In this document: positions 29,939-38,845 of the stretch, one piece after another | Layout: each line of letters begins with the position of its first letter | Position numbering within the stretch: position 1 is the first letter of the stretch | Virus record (IMG/VR): IMGVR_UViG_3300035670_000145 | Location: 1-64,000 of that record | Reading direction: 5' to 3' (one strand) | Length of the DNA stretch: 64,000 bases | Origin: a virus | Position numbers and translations under genes: made by a program | The notes under the pieces: generated by a model | Seen by the model: only the letters and a program-made list of their open reading frames with translations | Told to the model about the DNA's origin: nothing | Database searches by the model: none

Positions 29939-32000
29939 TATCAGCTTCTAGTAGGTCCTTAAATTTTTCGGGAGCCTCTTCCTTCCATTGCTGCAGTGCT
30001 GCGTCAACGTCCGCCTCGCTAATAAAAGCAGCCTCGTCAATGCCTCCAAGCATTAGCCCTTCCACTTGCACGGGCTCAATCGCATCCACTTTGCTGCTGA
30101 CCATTTTTGCTGGCCCTTTTCGATCTGGATTAGGGTCGGACTTGCGCTTGCGGGCCACAATTGTCTGCCGCTCCTCTTTGCTCATGGCTTTAGCTTTTGC
30201 CTTGGGCAAGCACTTTGGCTTTCCTTCTCTCTCTTCGCGCCCTCCACATTCACCAAGAATTTCTCCGTTAGCGCCAATCCTCACCCATTCTTCCTTGAAC
30301 CATTTATCAAGATCATCGTGGTTCACGTCGCCATTATCCCCCTTAAAGCCACTGCCGCCACCGTGCTTTTTCTTATAGAGTTCTTTGTACTTCTGCACCA
30401 TGTAGGCGCTGGCATAAGCACTAGGCCACACCTTGAATTTTGACTTGGCGGCGGCAATTGCTTGCTGATGCAGGTCTTTGTCTTTGAACTGCACATCGCC
30501 CCGCACTTTTTCGAGGTCACGAGGCAAGAACAATCCTGCGGCGTCTTCTACTTCCCTGCTTCCATCCATTGGCAAGGTGCCGTTCTCTTCGTTCATGGGA
30601 TCGCGTCCGCCAGGAGGCACGGCCAATCCACTCGCTTTCTGAGTGGAACCACCCCCTCCCTGAGTAGGAAGCTCGCGCACCACAGACGGATCGAGAGTAA
30701 GCTCCATCGACCACTCGGAGCCGCCGTAACGTGCGTCGGCCACCTCTTTGGGGCTCAGTACTCCGAGCTGAATGTAGCGCCCGTCTACGGCCGCCACGCG
30801 AGCCCTCACGTCGGCTTTCTCTCTTTCGTTCAGCTCGAACAAATCGTTGAATTTGATGCGCCACGATTCCGGCACTCGCCCATTCGTCGGTCCAGTCTTG
30901 CTAAGCATGATGTAGGTCATCAGCTTTTTAAGGGGACGATGGAAAGTGGATTGTTGGTAGTCGGCTAGCGTCTTAGCGAAATCTCTCTCTTCGCTTCGCC
31001 CAGTAGAGCCAAGGCCGCTGGGGCTTTCACCAAACAAAACTGTATGGGGAATTTTTGATGCGCCAATAATATCAACGCGAGTTTTTTCTAAGATTTCACC
31101 AACTCCGCCAAAGTTCCTACTGATAAAAGCAAGCTCTTCCTTCTCAGCGTCAATCGCATAGCCACGATAAACACTTTTGCTCATGTCGTTAAGGACAAGA
31201 CGATCTCTCACGTCTTTTTCTTTGCCTGCAGCAAGCATTTGTGCTAGGCCACGAATTTTGTGGACAAAAATATCAAACTCACTCAACAGGGTGGCGGCGC
31301 TATTCAATCCAGTCCAATAGTGCTTAAAGCTTTCATAGACAGTCTGTAAACTGCTCATTCCCCATCCATAGTTCCTCTGCCTAATCCGATAAGGAAGCCA
31401 ATCGCCATCAAAACGCAAAATCCTGTCTTTATGGATGTAGGTGAGTTGCGGCTGCCGAATCAAATCGCCGGAAATAATTTGATAGTAAGTTGCTTTGGAG
31501 TAGTCGTACAGATTTTCTTCATTGATCACTGGTGCAATTTGCCAGCGATCCAGCACTTCCATTCCTTCCACGGAATAAATGCGGCTTCTGTCAACTGGCT
31601 GATCTGCTGGCCTGCCGTCATCAATGTACAAAAGAATTACGGCCCCTCCATAAAGCCTCGAATTTTTAGAGGCAAGCATAAAGTTTTCAAGGATATACAA
31701 ATCTTCAATCACCTGTTCAATGCCTACCACTTCTTCAGCCGCCGCTCCTTCTCCGCCAAACAACACCTTGAAGCCCCTTCTTGTGGCTTGCTCTGCATAG
31801 ATATCCACAATGCGGCGAGGCAGCCATTCGCCGTAGAGCGCTTCCAACTCTTCTTGCGCAAGAAAGATGATGGGCTGCGCTTGCGTGGATAAACTTTTGT
31901 CCCTGCCAGAGATGCCCATGCCAGTGAGGGCATTGGCAAGACCATCATTGCGCAGTCCGTCCGCAGTGGCATGCCCCAAGTCAACTGCTTCTTCCGACAT
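29928..32000 (-). CDS. Portal protein (DUF1073-like) with basic C-terminal extension
   Basis: LYGGAVI, IHKDRILRF, WGMS.L, IP.TVLFGESPSGL motifs. Confidence 0.85.
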   Translation of the reverse strand: MSEEAVDLGHATADGLRNDGLANALTGMGISGRDKSLSTQAQPIIFLAQEELEALYGEWLPRRIVDIYAEQATRRGFKVLFGGEGAAAEEVVGIEQVIEDLYILENFMLASKNSRLYGGAVILLYIDDGRPADQPVDRSRIYSVEGMEVLDRWQIAPVINEENLYDYSKATYYQIISGDLIRQPQLTYIHKDRILRFDGDWLPYRIRQRNYGWGMSSLQTVYESFKHYWTGLNSAATLLSEFDIFVHKIRGLAQMLAAGKEKDVRDRLVLNDMSKSVYRGYAIDAEKEELAFISRNFGGVGEILEKTRVDIIGASKIPHTVLFGESPSGLGSTGRSEERDFAKTLADYQQSTFHRPLKKLMTYIMLSKTGPTNGRVPESWRIKFNDLFELNEREKADVRARVAAVDGRYIQLGVLSPKEVADARYGGSEWSMELTLDPSVVRELPTQGGGGSTQKASGLAVPPGGRDPMNEENGTLPMDGSREVEDAAGLFLPRDLEKVRGDVQFKDKDLHQQAIAAAKSKFKVWPSAYASAYMVQKYKELYKKKHGGGSGFKGDNGDVNHDDLDKWFKEEWVRIGANGEILGECGGREEREGKPKCLPKAKAKAMSKEERQTIVARKRKSDPNPDRKGPAKMVSSKVDAIEPVQVEGLMLGGIDEAAFISEADVDAALQQWKEEAPEKFKDLLEADNAE

Positions 32001-32065
32001 TGTTCACACTATTGGCGTGCCTCCATTCTAAACGTGGCTATGATGGCGACGACGTTCTTTTAGTT

Positions 32066-32551
32066 ATGCCCACTCCCATTGAATTTGTCTTCTCCGAAGA
32101 GGAAAGGAAGCAGGCGATGGAGGAAGGACAACGACGCCAGTCTGTGAACGAAACGAAAGGGCTTCGAGGGCGCAATAAAGGCGCGGCCCGTGGTGATCAA
32201 GCTTTGTCTATTCACTTGCTTGGCGCCGCAGGTGAAATGGCAGTGGCATCTTTCATGGGCCTAAAGCACGAGCTTTACAAAGAAAGCGAGGCAAGGCGCG
32301 GGTCCGATGATTTGCCGGGAATTGACGTAAAAACTCGATCAAAACATTCCTACGATCTCATTGTGCAAAAGAACGAAGACCCCGGAAAAAAGTTTGTTTT
32401 GGTGACCATTGAAAACCAAAAAACTTTCATTCATGGCTGGTGCTACGGAAAGGAAGCAATGGAGGAACGATTCTGGGCCGATCCCGCGAGAGGTAGGCCA
32501 GCTTATTTTGTTCCTAAAGAACAGCTTCGCCCCATGTCAACTTTGCAATGA
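32066..32551 (+). CDS. Putative PD-(D/E)xK-like nuclease
   Basis: GAAGEMAVA...DL...IDVKT; overlaps terL start (ATGA). Confidence 0.5.
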   Translation: MPTPIEFVFSEEERKQAMEEGQRRQSVNETKGLRGRNKGAARGDQALSIHLLGAAGEMAVASFMGLKHELYKESEARRGSDDLPGIDVKTRSKHSYDLIVQKNEDPGKKFVLVTIENQKTFIHGWCYGKEAMEERFWADPARGRPAYFVPKEQLRPMSTLQ

Positions 32552-33930
32552 GCAGTTCTCTCAAATGCAGCGACTTTGCCAGGCATGTATTAAAGCTTGA
32601 GCTTTGGCCTGAGCAAAAGCGCATTCTTGACGGCTACTTTGGCGGCAACAAAACTCATGCCGTGTGGGCGCTTGGGCGACGCTGCGGCAAAACGCTTATG
32701 GCCGCTATTGCAGCCCTGTACGCCTGCTTTGTCTTGGAAGATCAATACAGAAGGCGCGTGCGAAAAACGGAAAAGTGGTACATTCTTACCATTGCAAACG
32801 ATCAAAGCCAGGCAAAGCTAGCGCTCAATAATATTCGCCAGCTTCTAATGGACAGTCCTCTTGTTGATGAAATCACAAGAGAAACTGCCACTGAAATTGA
32901 AACTAGTAATAATTGCGTGTTCCAAGCCATTCCTGCATCGGCCCGCGCTTCTCGTGGTAAGGCCGTGGTGATGTTAATCATGGACGAGCTTTCCTTTGCT
33001 ATTGAAGGCGATGCCAACCGTGGCGCAAAAGCCATCTACGATGCGCTTTCCCCTTCCATTGCACAGTTCGGGCAGCACGGACGCATCCTTGAACTATCTT
33101 CTCCATGGCTCACCGATGGCCTGTTCTATCAGCACTATTGCGAGGCAAAATCTGGAGAGTTTCCCTTTATGCAGGCAGTGAATCTCCCAACTTGGGAGGT
33201 GAATGTTAATTTGCCATGGGGATGTGCATTCCTTGACGCTGAACTAAAACGTGATCCCGATAAGTTCTGGGTGGAATATGGAGCTCAGTTTGCTAAAAAC
33301 AATTCAGCACTATTGGCCACTGAAATTGTCGAAGCTGCCATAAGCAAGGAGCGGGGAGTACTGTTTCCCGAGAAAGAATTTACTGGCACTTATGTGCTTT
33401 CCCTGGACCCCGCCCGAGGCGGTGTGGGACGAGACGATTACACCGCTTGCATTGTTCATTATGAGGGCGAAAGGCTAGTGGTGGACAAGTTTCACGCCTT
33501 CGAACCAGACTTTGAAATTGGTGGCAAGAAAGAAGTGAACATGGCGAAAGTGGAAGAGTGGATCAAGGAACACCATCGCATTTATGAGTTTCAAAGTATC
33601 GTGCTTGACCAATTCAATAGCAGCTTTATCATTCAGAATCTTTCTAAGGATTTTCCTATTGCAGAATTAGCCTGGTCAGTTAGCACAAAAATGAAAGCCT
33701 TCAGCAAAATGAAAGAGCTCTTTAATGCTGGCTTAATTGAACTTTATCCTCACCAAAAAGCAATCACTCAGCTTAAAAATTTGAGCGTTATTTATAGAGC
33801 AAGCGGACAATGGGCCGTCACTGGAGGAAAGGAAGTGGGGGTTGATGACTATGCGTTCGCACTTGCGGCGGCGATTCTTGAGGCATCCAAGGATAATGAC
33901 ATCGACTGGTTGAATAGTCTTGTTCGATAA
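32548..33930 (+). CDS. terL: Terminase large subunit
   Basis: Walker A GRRCGKT; Walker B LIMDE; LSSP coupling motif; nuclease LDPA...DD. Confidence 0.92.
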   Translation: MSSSLKCSDFARHVLKLELWPEQKRILDGYFGGNKTHAVWALGRRCGKTLMAAIAALYACFVLEDQYRRRVRKTEKWYILTIANDQSQAKLALNNIRQLLMDSPLVDEITRETATEIETSNNCVFQAIPASARASRGKAVVMLIMDELSFAIEGDANRGAKAIYDALSPSIAQFGQHGRILELSSPWLTDGLFYQHYCEAKSGEFPFMQAVNLPTWEVNVNLPWGCAFLDAELKRDPDKFWVEYGAQFAKNNSALLATEIVEAAISKERGVLFPEKEFTGTYVLSLDPARGGVGRDDYTACIVHYEGERLVVDKFHAFEPDFEIGGKKEVNMAKVEEWIKEHHRIYEFQSIVLDQFNSSFIIQNLSKDFPIAELAWSVSTKMKAFSKMKELFNAGLIELYPHQKAITQLKNLSVIYRASGQWAVTGGKEVGVDDYAFALAAAILEASKDNDIDWLNSLVR

Positions 33931-33980
33931 TTACGCTTAGAATTTTCAGCAATTGCTGAAACTTTCACTTTTTTTGAAAA

Positions 33981-34157
33981 ATGATTGGTATTGAAATTTC
34001 TAGCAAGGAGCTAGCCTTTTTACTAGCGCTCCTGGAGGCCGACAGGCAAACGGCGCTTCAGCTTCTTGCCGCCGAGCATGCTTATAAGCCCACGCTACTG
34101 CCAAAACTGCGAGAGGCAGAGAAAGTTGTTAAAGCAATGAAAAATTTGGAAGGATAG
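33981..34157 (+). CDS. Hypothetical 58-aa protein (not in ORF track)
   Basis: MIGIEISSKELAFLLALLEADRQ...; TAGAAT -10 upstream. Confidence 0.55.
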   Translation: MIGIEISSKELAFLLALLEADRQTALQLLAAEHAYKPTLLPKLREAEKVVKAMKNLEG

Positions 34158-34182
34158 ACTAAACACATTCCTCCTCTTTGCC

Positions 34183-34398
34183 ATGGCATCGTCCTTCACC
34201 GCAGAAGAAGCCCTTGCTTGGGCCATGAAGGCTGCAGAAGCCGTAGAAGAAGCTGGCAAAAGCTTTGGCCCCATGAGCGAAGAATCGCGGCTCGCAAGGG
34301 CTGCTTTTGAGCATCTCATGGACGATTATCGCGAGCATTGGAGCAATGCCTGCGAAAGCCGGTTTGGCCATCAAGGATGCAAAGAATACGACGTGTGA
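34183..34398 (+). CDS. Hypothetical protein
   Basis: ORF ending CKEYDV. Confidence 0.6.
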   Translation: MASSFTAEEALAWAMKAAEAVEEAGKSFGPMSEESRLARAAFEHLMDDYREHWSNACESRFGHQGCKEYDV

Positions 34399-34419
34399 GC
34401 AATGGTTTGCTTGTGCTAC

Positions 34420-34751
34420 AGCCTCCATGGCCAGCGGCATGAAATCAGAGTGCCATTTCACGAAGCGCGTTTTGTCAATAAGCGTTTGTTCCTGGAGGGA
34501 GCCGCCGTGTACTGGACCTTTCTCTGTTAAGCTTTCAAAGCTTCCTGCAGGAGCCCGTTGGCCAACGGCTTGCCAGTATCCTCGTCAATGCTGGCATCAT
34601 CGTGGATTCCGTTCACTGTCTTAAGTGAGTTGAAGCACTTAAGACGCTTGGCAGAATGTCAGGGCCGCACCCTGTTTATTTCCTGATGCGGAAACATTCT
34701 GCCGCTTGTCTCTTCTGATGATGAAAGCTGGTTTGATTCCAGCAGGAGACC
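34420..34751 (+). ncRNA. Candidate multi-hairpin ncRNA ending in a tRNA-like acceptor/T-arm minihelix
   Basis: Stems at 34618-27/34636-45 and 34650-59/34694-703; GTCTCTT/AGGAGAC plus GCTGG-TTTGATT-CCAGC at 34708-34750. Confidence 0.55.
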
Positions 34752-34756
34752 TTTCG

Positions 34757-34969
34757 CTATTTATTTCTGTGCCCAGCTTCTTCCGTTGCGTGAATGTAGG
34801 TTTTTAGCTCACGCACATATTGTCTGAGCAAGGCGGCCTTCTCCAGATGCCAAGGATCACGATGGAGAAAGTAAAGCTCCATGTGGTTGTCAATGGCTTT
34901 TAGGCAATTGTGAATAGGCGCGTTCCATTGCGAACGAACTGGCGTATCAAACGTCCGACGCTCGTCCAT
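34757..34969 (-). CDS. Hypothetical protein
   Basis: WNAPIHNCLKAIDNH motif seen in cyanophage small ORFs. Confidence 0.65.
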   Translation of the reverse strand: MDERRTFDTPVRSQWNAPIHNCLKAIDNHMELYFLHRDPWHLEKAALLRQYVRELKTYIHATEEAGHRNK

Positions 34970-35507
34970 TGGCCTTGAAATAAGCCTTGATGTCCTCTAA
35001 TGCTACCGGCTCAAAATCGTTTCTTTCTAAACAGGCATTGAAATAACGCCCGTCTACTTCCCCATCGTCCGTCAATACAAGATGACAATGGAGATGGCCG
35101 TGGACGTTGCCAAGATAATGCCCCTGCAAAATACTGGGATGCACTGGAATGTGCGTGAAGATTAGACCTCCCGGCATGGTGCTATCACCCCCACGAAAAA
35201 ATGCTCCTCGAATGTCTTCAAAATACGGAAGATAATCTTGAATTTTGTAAATATCATGATTCCCTTTGACGAGAATCTTCTTCCCATTGAAACGATTGAG
35301 AAGCTGCAGACCACTTCTGGGAATTGCCACGTCGCCCAAAATGTAAACGCGATCTTTCTCGTGGATCTTTTTGTTCCAACGCTCAATGAGCGTTTCGTGC
35401 ATTTCTTCAATGGAGGAGAAAGGACGAAGGGGTTCTCCGTCGGGACGCACGAAATCCAGCATCTTGGCATGGCCGAGGTGCAAATCTGATGTGACAAAAG
35501 CGCTCAT
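34947..35507 (-). CDS. Calcineurin-like metallophosphoesterase
   Basis: SDLHLGH, LGD, GNHD, THIP, HGHLH. Confidence 0.9.
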   Translation of the reverse strand: MSAFVTSDLHLGHAKMLDFVRPDGEPLRPFSSIEEMHETLIERWNKKIHEKDRVYILGDVAIPRSGLQLLNRFNGKKILVKGNHDIYKIQDYLPYFEDIRGAFFRGGDSTMPGGLIFTHIPVHPSILQGHYLGNVHGHLHCHLVLTDDGEVDGRYFNACLERNDFEPVALEDIKAYFKANGRASDV

Positions 35508-35512
35508 AGTAA

Positions 35513-35713
35513 TCAGTGCTTTTCGTAAACTACTTTTCTTTGCACGGGATCAGGACGATCTTCCAGCTCATGCAAAAGATCAAGAGCCTGATCAAATGTG
35601 CTAAACCAGCCCCTCTCGTCCCAGATGAAAGGACAGATGCGCTCTTGTACTTCGTAGAGCGGCTCCCATGGATGCACGGCGCTTGGACGTTGAACAATGC
35701 GAAATCGCGCCAC
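35513..35713 (-). CDS. Hypothetical protein
   Basis: RFRIVQR...YEVQER ORF in operon. Confidence 0.6.
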   Translation of the reverse strand: MARFRIVQRPSAVHPWEPLYEVQERICPFIWDERGWFSTFDQALDLLHELEDRPDPVQRKVVYEKH

Positions 35714-35760
35714 AGCAAAATTTAGAAGGCAAGCCTTAGTTTAGTACGGTTCGGAAGAAA

Positions 35761-35830
35761 GGGCTCCTCCAGGAATCGAACCCGGCATTCCAGGCTATCT
35801 GCCTGACGTGTAAACCAACACCAAGGAGCA
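35761..35830 (-). tRNA. Degenerate tRNA-like element (anticodon position GAT, Ile-like)
   Basis: Acceptor GCTCCT/AGGAGC; D-arm GTGT/ACAC; anticodon stem TCAGG/CCTGG with loop CAGATAG; T-arm CCGGG-TTCGATT-CCTGG; A33 and 1:72 mismatch are non-canonical. Confidence 0.65.
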
Positions 35831-35831
35831 A

Positions 35832-35947
35832 GTGACCCCCAGGTTTGAGCATCGTTGAGAGGCTTAGGGGGTGTTAAACGATGGAGCAAGCGTGAGGGTC
35901 ATCCGGGATTTGCCCCCAGTGACGCACAGAGGCTTGCCCGCCGTCGC
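35832..35947 (-). ncRNA. manA-like structured RNA motif
   Basis: GCGACGG..GGGCAAGC/GCTTGCTC stem; CATCGTT/AACGATG crossing ACCCCC/GGGGGT (pseudoknot); ends GGGTCACT abutting a tRNA; extended -10 TGcTATAGT upstream; family recalled from memory. Confidence 0.6.
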
Positions 35948-35953
35948 TTGATA

Positions 35954-36463
35954 CTATAGCACCACTCTCGGCCGCAAGCCAAGGCGCACCCTGTTCTCCT
36001 CAATGCTTTCTCCGACAGATCTGCCTATTAAATACATTGCCGCGTCAAATAATGTATTTGCATCATCTTTTGCGTTGCCAAGCATTAAGTTACAGGAGCC
36101 GCATAAAATTCCTCTGACATGATTTAATGAATGGCAGTGATCCACGACAAAATTTCCGCTTGCGTGATTTGGCTCTGTAGTGCCACAAATTGCACAGCAA
36201 TAATTCTGCTTGGCGAATAATTCATTCCACTGTTCAACGGTCATTCCATAATTAATCTTCAAGCTTTGCGCCCTGGATTTTTGAGCGCAATATTTCTCCT
36301 TTTGCCTTTTAAGTACATCCTCTTTTCTCTGCTCATAGCTAGAAGATGCGGCGGTTTTTGTGCATAATCTGCACCTTGCAGTAAGGCCGTCTTTTACTCT
36401 TTTTTCCTTGTAAAAATCGCTAGCCTGCTTAAGCTCACCACACATGACGCATTGTTTTTTCAT
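35954..36463 (-). CDS. Endonuclease VII-like (His-Me) homing endonuclease
   Basis: N-terminal CxxC...CxxC; Q..CCAIC...VDHCH...VRGILC..CN. Confidence 0.85.
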   Translation of the reverse strand: MKKQCVMCGELKQASDFYKEKRVKDGLTARCRLCTKTAASSSYEQRKEDVLKRQKEKYCAQKSRAQSLKINYGMTVEQWNELFAKQNYCCAICGTTEPNHASGNFVVDHCHSLNHVRGILCGSCNLMLGNAKDDANTLFDAAMYLIGRSVGESIEENRVRLGLRPRVVL

Positions 36464-36513
36464 GGCAGGATGGGCTCGAAAAATAAAATTCTAGCCCATC
36501 CCACAATTAAAAC

Positions 36514-37251
36514 CTAGCGCCCGTAAGAAGGCAGGTCGTAATTTGCGCTTTCGAAAAACGCCAAACTCCGCGCCCTACGAGTGTCGGCCATTTCAGGGGC
36601 CTTGCCAGTAAAGAACAAATTTTCAGACTGGCGCATCCAGAAATCTTTATCCAGCCATTGATTAGAGGAAGATCCAAGCTTGTCAAATAGCCACGCGGCA
36701 GTAGCCTTCCGAAGTTTATTCAGGCTTTGGGAATCTTCCTCTCCAAGCTCTTTCGCCACCATCCCATGCACTGCCGTATGAACCCGTTCATCGCGAGAAA
36801 TATCGGCTGAGACAGTGCGCATACCAATATCGCCGTTCTGCCTAAAGAATGGCAAAGCGACAAAGAAAACGCTCCGTTCAAGAATGGAGGCTTTATGGAT
36901 GGGGTGGGCGGGATGCTCCATCCACGCCTTCAAAATGTTCATCACCTCTTTTTCTGCTTTGGCATCCGTGCCATGAGCAGCGGCGATGTAGCTCAATGCT
37001 TGGTCGTGACGTTCTTCATCTTCCTGGTTTGAACGCAAAGCCTCAATCACTCCAGGAGTAGAGGGAAGATCGCGATGCAAACCTTGCTCTAGTAATTCTT
37101 TCACCGGAAGTTCAAGATGACGCAATGCCAAGGCACGAAAAATTGTATCTTCACCGCCGCATACAACGGCACCTTTTCCGACTGGAACGGCCTGCCAAGG
37201 GCGTTTTTTTGCAATGGTAGACAAATAGGGAGAGTCTGCAACGGCGACCAT
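36514..37251 (-). CDS. nrdB: Ribonucleotide reductase beta subunit (ferritin-like, Cyano SP type)
   Basis: LELPV, DEERH, LERSVFF, DERVH di-metal motifs; adjacent to alpha subunit. Confidence 0.8.
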   Translation of the reverse strand: MVAVADSPYLSTIAKKRPWQAVPVGKGAVVCGGEDTIFRALALRHLELPVKELLEQGLHRDLPSTPGVIEALRSNQEDEERHDQALSYIAAAHGTDAKAEKEVMNILKAWMEHPAHPIHKASILERSVFFVALPFFRQNGDIGMRTVSADISRDERVHTAVHGMVAKELGEEDSQSLNKLRKATAAWLFDKLGSSSNQWLDKDFWMRQSENLFFTGKAPEMADTRRARSLAFFESANYDLPSYGR

Positions 37252-37324
37252 TTTAGTAATGCAATGGGGAAAGAATGAAAAAGGGGGAGTAAGTCCCCCT
37301 TATGAACGAATTGTGGAGGGCTTT

Positions 37325-38773
37325 TTATTCAGCGCAGGCGCTGCAGAAGCCAGCGTCCAAACTGCAAGAGACAGTTTCCTCCTCGGCCTCGCTGTCATCA
37401 AGGCCAAACATGGTCTTAAACGAGTCGTCCAATGCCGCGTAGGCGTCGTCTTTGCGCTGCGTTTCAGGCGTCACCTGAAGAGCATAGTAAAGACTTGTCT
37501 GAGGAGATTCTAGCCAAGTCCGAAGGAACTCTTTGCTATAAATAACTTGATCACTCCAGTGGTTAATCGAATACCCATGGAAAAGACCAGTGTTTTGAAA
37601 TAACTTAACAATATTATTTGCCACCTTAAAAAATGCCTCCCATCCTACTTCTGCCGCAATTTCCACTTCCCCATAGTCAAAACTTTCCACGCCAAAGGTG
37701 CCAGAGTCCCTGTCAACAAGCCGTCCGATGGGAGGGGCAATTTCAGGGGCAGTGGTGAAACCTTTCTTGTCGAGATAGCGATAGGAGCAGGAAGCAGTGG
37801 GAGCAATGCAGAAGGCCCGTTCCATGCCGTGCTCACGAGCAATCTTCGCTGCTGCTTCAATGCCATCGCGAATGGCCTTTGCAGCCCTTCCAGCGGGCTG
37901 CTCGTGCCAGTAATGGCACCATGGGTGGGGATCGTCCTCATTCAGGGCTTCCAGGGCCTTCCCGAAGTCTTTGTAGGAAATGCCATGGAGGGAAAGGAAG
38001 TTGGCAAGACCAAGCATGCCAAGACCCACTTGCTTATCAATAGAAGGGGGAAGGTATTCGCCAGTGTCACCAACGCCTGTGTTGGGATGGAGCTCGCACA
38101 ATTGCTTCATGCCCTCGACAAAGGCTTCCTCTACTTCATCGATGTCGCAAGCACCCATGTTGACGTGCTGAAGAAGGCAAGTGCCACGGTGAGGAAGATA
38201 AACTTCAAGGCAGACATTGGCACGGATGCGCTTTCCTTCTTGATCGTACCGAATTTTGTTAAGCCAGATGTCGCCAGAAGCAATGCCTTTTAGCAGCTCA
38301 TCAATAAGCTCTTGAGAAGAGTTCTCAATAAACTGTTCATCCACATTCACACACCTCTTCACCCATGGAAGCTCTTGACGAGAAGCTTTGATGAAATCAA
38401 GAATGTCAGGATGCGAATAGTCAAGATGAAGCACTACGGCCCCATTTTTATAGCGTCCGCCTCTGCGAAGAATTTCATTGAGCGTGGAATAAATTTTGCC
38501 GAAGCTAATGGGACCACTTGCAACAAGGCCTTTTCCATTTTCATCGCCTTTGCCACGCAGCTCAGACAAATGCACTGCTACGCCTGCACCATTGCGCAGG
38601 CCATGAGAAACAAAACGCCACGATGCTTCAATGCCATTTTCCCCCTCCATTGAATCATCCACGACGAAGACCGTGCAGCTTACGGGCAGTCTTCCGTCTG
38701 CTTCGTCAAGCCAGCTTTGCACACGACCGGTGCGAGCAATCTTTTCACACTTCGCCTGTTCCTTGAGCTTCAT
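37325..38773 (-). CDS. nrdA: Ribonucleotide reductase alpha subunit (compact Cyano SP type)
   Basis: PVSCTVF, NVCLE, TCLL, IAPTASC, SLYY, C-terminal C..CAE. Confidence 0.9.
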   Translation of the reverse strand: MKLKEQAKCEKIARTGRVQSWLDEADGRLPVSCTVFVVDDSMEGENGIEASWRFVSHGLRNGAGVAVHLSELRGKGDENGKGLVASGPISFGKIYSTLNEILRRGGRYKNGAVVLHLDYSHPDILDFIKASRQELPWVKRCVNVDEQFIENSSQELIDELLKGIASGDIWLNKIRYDQEGKRIRANVCLEVYLPHRGTCLLQHVNMGACDIDEVEEAFVEGMKQLCELHPNTGVGDTGEYLPPSIDKQVGLGMLGLANFLSLHGISYKDFGKALEALNEDDPHPWCHYWHEQPAGRAAKAIRDGIEAAAKIAREHGMERAFCIAPTASCSYRYLDKKGFTTAPEIAPPIGRLVDRDSGTFGVESFDYGEVEIAAEVGWEAFFKVANNIVKLFQNTGLFHGYSINHWSDQVIYSKEFLRTWLESPQTSLYYALQVTPETQRKDDAYAALDDSFKTMFGLDDSEAEEETVSCSLDAGFCSACAE

Positions 38774-38845
38774 AAGACAACAAAAGCCCGCCTAGCGGGC
38801 CAACGACCAACCAAAGCAGACTAGCGCAAAAACCTTTGCCCTCAG

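Noticed and set aside
29928-32000. Anti-CBASS Acb1 annotation
   Set aside because: No paired HxT 2H-phosphoesterase motifs are seen in the extension; the gene is a portal.
34650-34750. Canonical hammerhead ribozymes (CTGATG..GAAA twice)
   Set aside because: The first has C at A9, no stem II and a mismatched stem I; the second lacks the UH cleavage site. Kept only as part of the ncRNA candidate.
34420-34751. tmRNA
   Set aside because: No G3-U70 alanine identity, no ACCA end and no matching GGGG 5' strand.
35954-36513. Duplicated nrdB 3' end or group I intron around the endonuclease VII-like gene
   Set aside because: No nrdB remnant found downstream, nrdB is uninterrupted, and no intron core is recognisable.
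37325-38773. Class II (nrdJ) reductase
   Set aside because: The adjacent ferritin-like beta gene and the YY motif indicate class I.
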